A stretch of 64,000 nt of DNA from Pedobacter sp. (GCA_050253415.1 JBFWJC010000005.1:128001-192000), one strand, 5' to 3'. Positions 20,790 through 29,718 are shown, counted from the first letter of the stretch. A program made the numbers and translations. The notes: a model not told the origin generated them from the letters alone.

Positions 20790-20804
20790 GCAACCATCGT
20801 GCCA
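20790..20804 (-). promoter_or_regulatory. Sigma54 -24/-12 promoter of the EF-hand gene
   Basis: Minus strand TGGCAC-GATGG-TTGC, an exact consensus match; IHF-like AATCAG-N4-TTG at about 20823. Confidence 0.75.
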
Positions 20805-21041
20805 TCTAAAAAATAGTATTAAAATCAGTATGTTGAAGAATCTATTTAAATATTCTTAGCAGTTCAACCCGGGTTCTGTCTCCCGGTGGAAACATGGGCT
20901 TTTCTACATTCCATGTAATACATTAAGATTATTGAAAAAATTAAGGTCGTCTAAAGCCGACATCTTTCCGCCTGATAAATACCATTCACTAAATTCCGGT
21001 ACAGTCTGATGTACGCAAATGACTTCGAAAACACTCAAACC

Positions 21042-21060
21042 CTGAATGGTACGCGGATAA
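21042..21060. repeat. 19-bp direct repeat, copy A (CTGAATGGTACGCGGATAA)
   Basis: Identical to 25538-25556. Confidence 0.9.
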
Positions 21061-21151
21061 AATCGGATGATGCTGATCTTCGTCGATTTATATCAAACAA
21101 ATATTCGGTGTGATCAGTTTTGATCGTGCTGCTAACAACAGCTCTCTGCGT

Positions 21152-24100
21152 TCAATAAATACTTTTGAATTCATCATCCAGAAAACCAAGCCACATGACA
21201 TTGACCGTTGCAACTCCAAATTCCTCTTCCACCAAGCCTTTGATCAGATAGGGCCGGGGTGTGCCCAGTTTTCGGCAAAAACGGGCATAGGCGGCCGGAA
21301 AGAATGTCGCATCAAAAAGGGCTGTCGTATCTTCGAAGGTGACAAACTCCATCGGCTTGCCGTTTACTGTGCGAATCGGTTTTCCCGTAACCCACCATCC
21401 GACCAGCGTTACATGGCGTCCTGTCCACTGACTGAGTTCGGCGGCCGGAACAGCGCCGCAGGTCTGGATTGTATCTTTATATGGTTCGAGCGGATGATAC
21501 CCGGCGGGAAGGCCCAGGGTTTCCAACTCGTGGGTTCTCAGTGTCGCATCGTCGCAGGGGGGGAGGGGGGGAGTCGCCGTGGTTTCGGCAACAAAAAGTG
21601 TCCCGAGACCCATGCTGACTGGTTGCCGATGATGGTTAAGCAACTTCCAGATCAAACCGGGCCGGTTTCGGCGGCCTTCAAGGGTGTCGAAACAACCGGC
21701 CTTGATGAGCTGTTTGACATCGGAGACGGAAAGATGCGGCAGTCTCAAAATAAAATTATCCAGTCCGGTAAAAAGACCGTTGCCGGTGCGTTCTGCCAAA
21801 ATCGAGTTGATGGTTTGATGGGGTACGGAGGCAATCTGCATCAGACCGATGCGCAGTTCATCTCCCTTGCCGTGGTAGGCATAACCGCTGACATTGATAT
21901 CAGGCGACAGGATTCTCATGCCCAGGCGTCGCGCTTCGGACAGATAACCGAGGGTAGTGTAATAGCCGCCGCCGTTACTGATCACCGCCGCCAGGAATTC
22001 GGCCGGGTAGTTGGCTTTGAGCCAGGCAGCTTTGCAACTGACCAACGCATAGGAGGCCGAATGGGGTTTGCAGAAGGAATAACCTGCGAAGGACAACACC
22101 TGTTGCCAGGTTGCATTCAGCACCTGCGTCGTCACGCCGTTGTCAATACCTCCGCTGATAAAACGGTTCCGGAAGTCTTCGAGTGTTTGCCCTTTGTCTT
22201 TTTTGCTGATGATCTTGCGCAGTTTGTCCCCTTCGCTGGCACTGAACCCTGCCAGGGCCATGGCGATCTGAGTGATCTGTTCCTGATAGACGGCCAGGCC
22301 GTAGGTTTCGCCGAGGATTGGTTCCAGAAGTGGATGAAGATGACGCCAGGGTTTGCCGTGCATGCGGGCAACGAATTCGCGAATGAAGTTGTTGGCGGCC
22401 GGTCGGATGATGGACGATGCCATGACCAGATGCTCGAACAGGGTGTCTTCATCGGCTAACGTATGGTCCCGCCACATTTTTTTCAGCAACTGGCGGGTGG
22501 CCGGCGATTCGATATAAAAGCAGCCGATGGTGTCGCCGGCGCTGAGCAGGGCGCGAGTCTTGCGATCGGTTAACGGTTGCCAGTCGCGGTAATCGATGAC
22601 ATCGCCCGTATGGCGGGCCACAGCCGTCAAAGCATCGCGGATCACCGCCAGGGAGCGGTTGCCCAGAATGTCGATCTTGACCAGACCGGCGGCTTCGGTC
22701 TGGTCTTTTTCCCACTGGATCAGCGGACGGCCTTTGGCGGACACCTCCACCGGAACGTAACGGCGGATGTCGTCGGGGACGATTACCAACCCACCGCAGT
22801 GCTGGGCCAGATGCCGCAGTTGACCGTTGAGACGTGAAGCGATGGCGAGGATGTTTTGCCAGTCGGTACTGAGGGTTTCGCCACGAAACAACGGATGGTC
22901 TTCCATGGCCTTGATGCCGCGCTGCGTCGACCACTGATTGGCTAACCTGCGCGTGATCGTGTTGATCTCGTCGGCCGGCAGTCCGAACACTTTAGCGACC
23001 TCCCGCAGGGCGCCCCGGCTTTTGAAACCTACCTGGTTGGCCACCATGGCTGCGCATCTTCTCCCGTAGCGCTGGAAGGCAAAATCGAGCACTGCGTCCC
23101 GCTCGTCCCAGGGAAAATCGATGTCGATATCGGGGGGATCGACACGCCCTTCGTTGAGAAAACGCTCGAAAAACAGGTTGTAACGCAGCGGATCGACGTG
23201 GGTGATGCCGAGACAGTAAGCGACCAGCGAGGCTGCGGCACTGCCACGGCCGCAGGTGCGCGGCGATTGTTCCGCCAGTTCCTGCACCACCAGGAAGTAA
23301 TGGGCAAATCCCTTGTCCTGAATGATGCCCAGCTCCCTGGCCAACCGGGCTTCGATTTTGGCATTCATCTCGCCGTATCGCCACATCGCCCCCTGACGGG
23401 CCCGTTTTTCCAGTTCGTCTGCCGCCTGCCGGTCGGCCAGTCCCCTAAAACGGGGAAAAATAGTGGTGGAAAACGCCCAATCCGTCTGACAGGCGTCGGC
23501 GATGTTCGCCGCGTTTTGCAAAGCTTCCGGACAATGGGGGAAATGCGCCGCCAGAGCGTCCTTTGATAACAGAAAGTCAGTCGGTTTGGCGCAGTTGTCG
23601 GAATGCAGACGGGGCAGAGTGGTGTTGCCGGCAATCGCTCGCAGAATCCTGTGGATCTTCACATCCTCATCCTGCAGGAATACGGCACGGCTGGTCGCGA
23701 CAGGCGGCAGACCCATACGGCGCGCCAGAGCCATGGTTTTTTCCATGTCATGCCCGGGGGATAGCTCAACGAACAGCCCGTTGCGGGTTTGCCGTGCGAG
23801 ACTCTCCAGCAGTACGGCGTCGTCGCTGAGAATGATCAGACCGTTCCGCCAGGTTTTAAGCGCCTCGACAAGCTCAAAATGCTGATTCCTGTGCAATGCC
23901 GATAGAAGGTGGCACAAATTGGCGTAGCCATCCTGATCTTTGACCAGTAAAACGGCTCGATGCGCCCCGCTGACCGTTTCAGAGCCTATCAGTGGGGCGA
24001 TCCCGGCTTTTTGCGCCTCTTCGATAAATCGCGGGATGCCATACAGGCCGTTACGGTCGGTAAGCGCCAGGCGTGTCATGCCAGCCGCCCTTGCCGCCGT

Positions 24101-24175
24101 GCACAGTGCCGAAGGAGAGTGGATGCCCCAGTTGGGTGAGAAGGATGAATGGACGTGGAGGTGGGTAAAGTTCAT
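21152..24175 (-). CDS. dnaE2: Error-prone DNA polymerase III alpha subunit DnaE2/ImuC
   Basis: PHP HLHVHS; GRGSAA; LFFERFL; catalytic PDIDIDF and KIDILG; YSFCKPH; OB fold. Likely start is ATG 24175; the upstream LSLVTCH extension is the translated repeat. Confidence 0.92.
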   Translation of the reverse strand: MNFTHLHVHSSFSPNWGIHSPSALCTAARAAGMTRLALTDRNGLYGIPRFIEEAQKAGIAPLIGSETVSGAHRAVLLVKDQDGYANLCHLLSALHRNQHFELVEALKTWRNGLIILSDDAVLLESLARQTRNGLFVELSPGHDMEKTMALARRMGLPPVATSRAVFLQDEDVKIHRILRAIAGNTTLPRLHSDNCAKPTDFLLSKDALAAHFPHCPEALQNAANIADACQTDWAFSTTIFPRFRGLADRQAADELEKRARQGAMWRYGEMNAKIEARLARELGIIQDKGFAHYFLVVQELAEQSPRTCGRGSAAASLVAYCLGITHVDPLRYNLFFERFLNEGRVDPPDIDIDFPWDERDAVLDFAFQRYGRRCAAMVANQVGFKSRGALREVAKVFGLPADEINTITRRLANQWSTQRGIKAMEDHPLFRGETLSTDWQNILAIASRLNGQLRHLAQHCGGLVIVPDDIRRYVPVEVSAKGRPLIQWEKDQTEAAGLVKIDILGNRSLAVIRDALTAVARHTGDVIDYRDWQPLTDRKTRALLSAGDTIGCFYIESPATRQLLKKMWRDHTLADEDTLFEHLVMASSIIRPAANNFIREFVARMHGKPWRHLHPLLEPILGETYGLAVYQEQITQIAMALAGFSASEGDKLRKIISKKDKGQTLEDFRNRFISGGIDNGVTTQVLNATWQQVLSFAGYSFCKPHSASYALVSCKAAWLKANYPAEFLAAVISNGGGYYTTLGYLSEARRLGMRILSPDINVSGYAYHGKGDELRIGLMQIASVPHQTINSILAERTGNGLFTGLDNFILRLPHLSVSDVKQLIKAGCFDTLEGRRNRPGLIWKLLNHHRQPVSMGLGTLFVAETTATPPLPPCDDATLRTHELETLGLPAGYHPLEPYKDTIQTCGAVPAAELSQWTGRHVTLVGWWVTGKPIRTVNGKPMEFVTFEDTTALFDATFFPAAYARFCRKLGTPRPYLIKGLVEEEFGVATVNVMWLGFLDDEFKSIY

Positions 24176-24181
24176 AATTCC

Positions 24182-24311
24182 GTGACAAGTGACAAGTGAC
24201 AAGTGACAAGTGACAAGTGACAAGTGACAAGTGACAAGTGACAAGTGACAAGTGACAAGTGACAAGTGACAAGTGACAAGTGACAAGTGACAAGTGACAA
24301 GTGACAAGTGA
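24182..24311. repeat. Perfect heptamer tandem repeat (GTGACAA)18 plus GTGA
   Basis: 24182-24307 is 126 bp, 18 exact units, in the imuB-dnaE2 intergenic space. Confidence 0.98.
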
Positions 24312-24327
24312 GCTAACTAATTACATG

Positions 24328-25512
24328 TCACCAATTACCAGTCACAGTGTTACTCCGATTCCGTCCCCATTGCACCGACTCATGACCGAACTGTCCGCGC
24401 AGCTGATCCAGAGCATTTTGCAGAGCCATATCTTCGATGTTTTGTTTTGGTGCGGAGAACAGATCCATCTGCTGTGCCAGGGGTGCAAGTCGGTCGCAAC
24501 CGAGTCGCAGGGCACGCAAACGCACACGGCGTTGCCAGGTGCGTTGCAATAAGCGATCGGCCGCTTCCATCAATTCCAGATCAAAAGTCTTCGGTACGGC
24601 AAAGTTGTCCGTCCGCTCCTCACTGAGACCATCGACATAACGCACCGTCAGGCGCAGACGGGTGGTACCTCGAGCGAGGGATCGCAGACGCAAACCGCAG
24701 TTTTCGGCAAGGCGCCCCAGTGCGGCACGTACCGCCGTATCGTCATTGTCGGCTTGCGGCAAAACAGTCTCTTCGACGATAGCCGAAGAGCGTCGCGGCG
24801 GACATACCGGGCTGGGGTCGATACCGCAGGACCGTTGGTGCAGCAGAGCGGCAAAGGGCCCGCAGACCGGCTCAAGCTGGGCGACCGACAAAACGGCGAT
24901 CTGTTCGATACGCCGCAGGTTGAGATCTTCCAGTAAACGGCCGGTACGCACGCTGCCAACCCCCGGTAGGGTCGATACGGTCAACGGCCCGATAAAAAAG
25001 CTCTCGCTGCCGCGTAACACGTCGCAGATGCCGGGCCGATCCAGATAATCGGCAGCGATACGCGCCACCAGTTTGTTGCCGGCCACGCCGCAGGTCGCTG
25101 GCAGGCGTAGCCGCTTAACGATGTCCCGCTCCATGCGGGCCGCTACATCCGGCGCGCTTCCAAGCAGGCGGGAGCTGCCAGTCAGATCGAGGAAAAGCCG
25201 GCCGTCGCTGCCGGGTTCCCACAGAGGGCTGCAACACAAGGCCAGTTCCGCGAACACCCGCATGGCACGATCGGCCAATTCCGGTTGCGGCGGCAGCAAC
25301 TGCAGGGCGGGACAGCATTTGCGGGCGATATGCACGCTCATGCCGGATTGCACACCATCGCCGCGCGCTTCTGCAGAAACGCAACGCAGCAGGGCGCGGT
25401 CACTCACCCCGGCGGCAATGGCCACAGGACGGGTTTTGAGGGTCGGATCGACGGCGCGTGCCAACGCGACATCAAAGTCGGGGACAGCTACATGCAGAAT
25501 GTCGCGGGTCAT
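24328..25512 (-). CDS. imuB: Y-family polymerase homologue ImuB (catalytically degenerate DinB-like)
   Basis: IMS fold ([22 protein letters not shown]), QQMDLF clamp-binding motif, DQLRGQFG tail. Catalytic DMD and SIDE motifs are replaced by HVAVPDF and GSDGR. Confidence 0.85.
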   Translation of the reverse strand: MTRDILHVAVPDFDVALARAVDPTLKTRPVAIAAGVSDRALLRCVSAEARGDGVQSGMSVHIARKCCPALQLLPPQPELADRAMRVFAELALCCSPLWEPGSDGRLFLDLTGSSRLLGSAPDVAARMERDIVKRLRLPATCGVAGNKLVARIAADYLDRPGICDVLRGSESFFIGPLTVSTLPGVGSVRTGRLLEDLNLRRIEQIAVLSVAQLEPVCGPFAALLHQRSCGIDPSPVCPPRRSSAIVEETVLPQADNDDTAVRAALGRLAENCGLRLRSLARGTTRLRLTVRYVDGLSEERTDNFAVPKTFDLELMEAADRLLQRTWQRRVRLRALRLGCDRLAPLAQQMDLFSAPKQNIEDMALQNALDQLRGQFGHESVQWGRNRSNTVTGNW

Positions 25513-25537
25513 GCTCAATGGTTACTCTGGTTAAAGA

Positions 25538-25556
25538 CTGAATGGTACGCGGATAA
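25538..25556. repeat. 19-bp direct repeat, copy B
   Basis: Identical to 21042-21060. Confidence 0.9.
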
Positions 25557-25648
25557 CATTTGATGCGCGCGAATATTCGCGGATTAACCCAAGATCAGGT
25601 TTTTGGTTAAATCATATTTTTATCCAGCCGTTTCCGCGTCATCCGCGT
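25547..25648. repeat. REP-like multi-stem palindrome between lexA and imuB
   Basis: Outer arms ACGCGGATAAC / GTCATCCGCGT; internal perfect palindrome CGCGAATATTCGCG (25568-25581); inner TTAACC...GGTTAA stem. Confidence 0.65.
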
Positions 25649-25664
25649 GCTATTGATTTTGCTT

Positions 25665-26264
25665 TTAGTAATGGCGGATGACTCCGACCACCACTCCCTC
25701 GATGCGAAAAGATTCCAGGTCGCTAACGATAATGGGTTGCATGGACGGGTTGGCCGGATGCAGCTCGACACGATCCCCGCGGCGATAGAGACGCTTGACC
25801 GTTGCCTCGTTGTCGAGCAGGGCGACAACCGTCTGACCATGCTCGGCCGTGGCCTGTTTGCGTACCACTACATAATCGCCATCGATAATGCCGTCGCCGA
25901 TCATGGAGTCGCCGGCCACGCGCAGCACGAAATGCTCGCCGCTGCCGACCATGGAGGGCGGCACCTCAAGTGTGTCGGGGGTTTCGATGGCCTCGATAGG
26001 CTTGCCGGCCGCTACGGTACCGGCAAGCGGTAACTTCATGTCCCGCTCCGGGGTAGCGGTCAACCGCAGGCTGCGGCGGGCGTTCCAGTCGCGATCAAGC
26101 AGCCCCTCGCGCTCCAGACGCACCAGGTAGTTCTGTACCGTACCCAGAGAACTGAAACCGAAAGCCCGCGCGATCTCTTGCTGAGAGGGCGCAAAACCCT
26201 GCTCGTCAATATGGCGGGCGATGTAGTCGTAAACCTGTTTTTGCTTGGGAGTAAGGGGACTCAT
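25665..26264 (-). CDS. lexA: LexA repressor
   Basis: Winged HTH (LTPKQ...PSQQEIA), Ala-Gly cleavage site VAAG, catalytic GDSM Ser and TVKR Lys. Confidence 0.96.
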   Translation of the reverse strand: MSPLTPKQKQVYDYIARHIDEQGFAPSQQEIARAFGFSSLGTVQNYLVRLEREGLLDRDWNARRSLRLTATPERDMKLPLAGTVAAGKPIEAIETPDTLEVPPSMVGSGEHFVLRVAGDSMIGDGIIDGDYVVVRKQATAEHGQTVVALLDNEATVKRLYRRGDRVELHPANPSMQPIIVSDLESFRIEGVVVGVIRHY

Positions 26265-26295
26265 ACGGCCTCGTCTGTGAAGTTAATCAGTTTGC

Positions 26296-26328
26296 CGTAA
26301 GTGTATGCGTAAGTTTTGCGTAAGTCAA
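26296..26328 (-). promoter_or_regulatory. lexA sigma70 promoter overlapped by three ACTTACG direct repeats (candidate LexA operator)
   Basis: Minus strand TTGACT (26328-26323), N17, TACACT (26305-26300). CGTAAGT on + at 26296, 26308 and 26319. Confidence 0.7.
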
Positions 26329-26493
26329 GGGGAGAGGTTGCTGAATGCTGCGGCGAAAGCACAGGGTGTCGGGCTTGCGCACTATGGACAAATAAGGCAT
26401 TTATCCGTTGCCTTGACACCGACATGGAAGGCTCTTATCCTGTTGCTGTGCTCTTCCCGTTTTTTGAAAATTGCCACCAAAGGGGCTTTTCCA

Positions 26494-27642
26494 ATGAAAT
26501 ATCGAAAGCTTGGACGTTCCGGATGTGAAGTCTCGATTCTTGGTCTCGGCTGCATGCGCCTGCCGGTTATTGGCGGCGATGAAGCACGGATCGATGAATC
26601 CAAAGCAGACTGGATGCTTAAAGCTGCCATCGAGAAGGGTGTCAACTACCTGGATACCGCTTATCCCTACCACAAGGGCGAGAGCGAAAAATTTCTCGGC
26701 CGGGCTTTGTGTGGAGGTCTGCGCAACAAGGTGCATCTGGCGACCAAACTGCCGTCCTGGGCGGTGGAGACAACAGCTGATTTCGACCGTTTCCTCAACG
26801 AGCAATTAGAGCGATTGCAGACCGAGCACATCGACTTTTATCTGTTGCATGCCCTTAAGGCCGATTGGTGGGAGAAGCTGTATCATCTGGGCGTTCTCGA
26901 ATTTCTCGATCGGGCGGTCCGCGATGGCCGCATCGGTGCTGCCGGGTTTTCTTTCCATGACGAACTGCCCCTTTTTAAACAGATCGTCGATGCTTATGAT
27001 TGGAGTTTTTGCCAGATTCAGTACAACTATATGGACGAGCAGATCCAGGCCGGCAGGGAAGGGCTGGATTACGCCGCCGAGCGTGGCCTGGGCGTGGTGG
27101 TCATGGAACCGTTGCGCGGCGGTCATCTGGCCCGCGAGAGCGCGCCTGACATCCAGAGTTTGTGGGATCACGCGCCGATCCGTCGCACTCCGGCGGAATG
27201 GGCGTTGCGCTGGGTCTGGGATCACCCCGGTGTCACCTCGGTGCTGAGCGGCATGAACGAACTCGCACAGATCGAGGAAAACTGCCGGATCGCCGACCAG
27301 GCAGCTCCCCACTCGCTATCCCCGCAGGAGCAGGCCCTGATCGGTCAGGTTCGCGATACCCTGCGCCAGCGCATCAAAGTACCCTGTACCGCTTGCGGCT
27401 ATTGTATGCCGTGTCCGGCCGGGGTCAACATCCCGCGCATCTTCAACCTTTATAACGATCGCTTTATTTACGGCGATGCGGGATTCCCCCATCGCATGTA
27501 TACCATCACCATGAACGCCGCCGAACTCGGCAGCAATTGCACCCGTTGCGGCTTGTGCGAAAAGCATTGCCCCCAGCACATCGCCATCATCGATATGCTG
27601 GAGGAAACCCACCGGACTCTCTCGGAAAATCCGGATGAGTGA
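26494..27642 (+). CDS. Aldo/keto reductase with C-terminal 4Fe-4S dicluster
   Basis: GLGCMRLP, YLDTAYPY, ATKLP, VMEPLRGG; CTACGYCMPCP and CTRCGLCEKHCP; start at ATG 26494. Confidence 0.92.
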   Translation: MKYRKLGRSGCEVSILGLGCMRLPVIGGDEARIDESKADWMLKAAIEKGVNYLDTAYPYHKGESEKFLGRALCGGLRNKVHLATKLPSWAVETTADFDRFLNEQLERLQTEHIDFYLLHALKADWWEKLYHLGVLEFLDRAVRDGRIGAAGFSFHDELPLFKQIVDAYDWSFCQIQYNYMDEQIQAGREGLDYAAERGLGVVVMEPLRGGHLARESAPDIQSLWDHAPIRRTPAEWALRWVWDHPGVTSVLSGMNELAQIEENCRIADQAAPHSLSPQEQALIGQVRDTLRQRIKVPCTACGYCMPCPAGVNIPRIFNLYNDRFIYGDAGFPHRMYTITMNAAELGSNCTRCGLCEKHCPQHIAIIDMLEETHRTLSENPDE

Positions 27643-27664
27643 TGAAAACGGGTTCTCAGTATAA

Positions 27665-27696
27665 AAAAAGCCCCACGGCATAGCGTGGGGCTTTTT
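27665..27696. terminator. Bidirectional intrinsic terminator
   Basis: AAAAAGCCCCACG-gcatag-CGTGGGGCTTTTT between convergent genes. Confidence 0.85.
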
Positions 27697-27719
27697 GGAT
27701 AACTCAGGGTAAATCCCTG

Positions 27720-27920
27720 CTAGAGTTTTTGCACGTTTTCCGCCTGGGGACCTTTCGGGCCTTTGACGACGTCAAAGCTGACGCGATCCCCTTCATTGAG
27801 GGTTTTGAACCCCTCGCCCTGGATCGCGGAAAAGTGAACAAACACGTCCGGCCCGTTGTCCTGCTCGATGAAACCGAACCCTTTTGCCTCATTAAACCAT
27901 TTGACTGTTCCCTCTGCCAA
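27720..27920 (-). CDS. csp: Cold-shock protein (TTG start)
   Basis: [33 protein letters not shown] before TTG 27920. Confidence 0.95.
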   Translation of the reverse strand: MAEGTVKWFNEAKGFGFIEQDNGPDVFVHFSAIQGEGFKTLNEGDRVSFDVVKGPKGPQAENVQKL

Positions 27921-28186
27921 TTTGACTCTCCTTGTTCCGATGCGGGTTTTGGGTGATTCAGACACCGGAAAAATATATCAAAAATCTGACGGGTTCCAAG
28001 CGCACATCGCTAAAAATCGTGAAATAGAAAATGCGCTGGTTGAAGAGGATTATTGATGCCATAAAGAGAAGCTGTAATGCGGAAGGACAATCTTTTCCAA
28101 AAGAATGGCTGTACGGTAGATTGCGATGTTGGAAGTCTGTGCGATAGGGGGAATTTACGGCTCTATCCCTACCGCACTATTAGACT

Positions 28187-29095
28187 TCATTTCTGATGAT
28201 TATTCAGGCCCAGGCACAGGAAAATCTGCCGGGTAGCGTCGGAGTTGTTGAGGGTATAAAAATGGATGCCGCGTACACCGTTATCGAGCAGATCGCGACA
28301 TTGTTCGGTAGCCCAGTGGATACCGATGCGGCGTACCGATTCCGAATCATCCTGGCAGCGTTCAACCGCACGCAACAACGGGGCAGGAAAGCGTGCGCCG
28401 GCGGCCAGGTCGGCCATGCGTTTCATACCCTCGACAGAGGCGATAGGCATGATGCCGGCGATAATCGGCACTTTGATGCCGGCCAGTTCGCAGCGCTCGC
28501 GAAAATCGTAAAAGTCGCGGTTGTCAAAGAACAACTGGGTGCAGATATAGTCGGCACCTTCATCGACTTTGGCCTTGAGGTGATCCATTTCCAGCAAACG
28601 ATTGGGTGTGGCGGGATGCCCTTCGGGGAAACCGGCTACGCCGATACCGAAACCGCGTCGATCGGGATGAATCCCCTCGTCGTTGAACTTGCGGATGAAA
28701 CGCACCAGATCGGCTGCGTGGGGGAAGGCATCCTGGGCACGGTTGTAATGAGGCATGTCCGGCGGTGGGTCTCCGGCCAGCGCCAGAATATTGCTGATCC
28801 CGGCTTCCGCGTAGCGTTCAAGAATCTGGCGAATTTCCTGTTCGGGACTACAGACGCAGGTAAGATGCGGCGTGGGATCGAGCGAGCTATTCTCTTTGAT
28901 ACGCATGACCAGATCATGCGTCCGCTCGCGGGTTGTACCGCCGGCACCGTAGGTAACTGAGGTGAAGTGCGGATTGAGAGTTTCCAGTTGACGAATGGTT
29001 TCGTACAGACGCTCGGCGGCTTTATCCGTTTTCGGAGGGAAAAACTCAAAAGAAAACGTGGTGGCGTATCGGGCGAAGATATCTTTAATATGCAT
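28187..29095 (-). CDS. metF: 5,10-methylenetetrahydrofolate reductase
   Basis: FSFEFFPPK, SVTYGAGG, HLTC, LALAGD, TQLFFD, HFYTLN. Confidence 0.95.
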   Translation of the reverse strand: MHIKDIFARYATTFSFEFFPPKTDKAAERLYETIRQLETLNPHFTSVTYGAGGTTRERTHDLVMRIKENSSLDPTPHLTCVCSPEQEIRQILERYAEAGISNILALAGDPPPDMPHYNRAQDAFPHAADLVRFIRKFNDEGIHPDRRGFGIGVAGFPEGHPATPNRLLEMDHLKAKVDEGADYICTQLFFDNRDFYDFRERCELAGIKVPIIAGIMPIASVEGMKRMADLAAGARFPAPLLRAVERCQDDSESVRRIGIHWATEQCRDLLDNGVRGIHFYTLNNSDATRQIFLCLGLNNHQK

Positions 29096-29337
29096 AATCA
29101 AAAGGTTCCGGGACGATATTGGTTTATATAATCATGAATGAATAGACCATATTATCGTCTGGGTACCACCAAGGTCAACCATTCATTCCTGGTTTTTGCT
29201 TGCGTGGAGGCAGGGGATAGCGACTGTTTTTGTCTTTTAAAAAGATAAATGGAAATAGCATGTCTCTGCCCGTTGCTGCGCCTGAACGGGGTGCCGCAAC
29301 GGGCTAAATCATATAAACCTTTTAGGCTATGGGGACG

Positions 29338-29556
29338 TTATTCTGCTTCTACCGGGGTAGGGGCAGGAACATCGGGAACCTGAGGCGGATCGTTATCCAG
29401 ACAATCATTCAAGCAGTTAAGCATGCAGTCCTCATAGGCTTTGCCTGTGCTTGACGAACAACTGCTCGCGCAATCAGCGCCGCAGTCGGCAAGCACCGGG
29501 GCAGCTGCACCGAGGGTAATCATCATCAAAGCTGCGCCGATCAGTAATTTTTTCAT
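29338..29556 (-). CDS. Secreted Cys-rich mini-protein (72 aa; CX3CX3C-X10-CX3CX3C)
   Basis: GGAGG RBS, Sec signal ending VLA, six regularly spaced Cys, Pro/acidic tail. Confidence 0.75.
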   Translation of the reverse strand: MKKLLIGAALMMITLGAAAPVLADCGADCASSCSSSTGKAYEDCMLNCLNDCLDNDPPQVPDVPAPTPVEAE

Positions 29557-29586
29557 CCTGGTTTCCTCCATGATCAAAGGGGACCC

Positions 29587-29602
29587 GCAATTGATATGCC
29601 AA
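29587..29602 (-). promoter_or_regulatory. Sigma54 -24/-12 promoter of the 72-aa Cys-rich gene
   Basis: Minus strand TTGGCAT-ATCAA-TTGC (GG-N10-GC), about 30 nt upstream of the start codon. Confidence 0.65.
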
Positions 29603-29718
29603 TAGGGGAAACTGCCCATGGCAGCCCCCACCAGAGCCCGTTGCCAAAGCAATACGTTAGTTACCAGACCCCGTGCTTAAATTCCCATTGCAGAATGGTT
29701 CGTAATGAAAGGGTTTCT

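Noticed and set aside
21110..22459. 449-aa + strand ORF, and other long antisense ORFs (15938-16786, 28196-28960, 31116-32012, 35881-36771, 43939-44775, 48479-49270)
   Set aside because: Shadow frames opposite well-supported genes, with no recognisable motifs.
24176..24307. 44-aa LSLVTCH-repeat N-terminal extension of DnaE2, and ORF 24051..24293
   Set aside because: These are translations of the heptamer array. The polymerase fold begins at MNFTHLHVH, and an in-frame TAG at 24317-24319 rules out fusion with imuB at this copy number.
24182..24311. CRISPR array
   Set aside because: Contiguous 7-bp units with no spacers and no cas genes.
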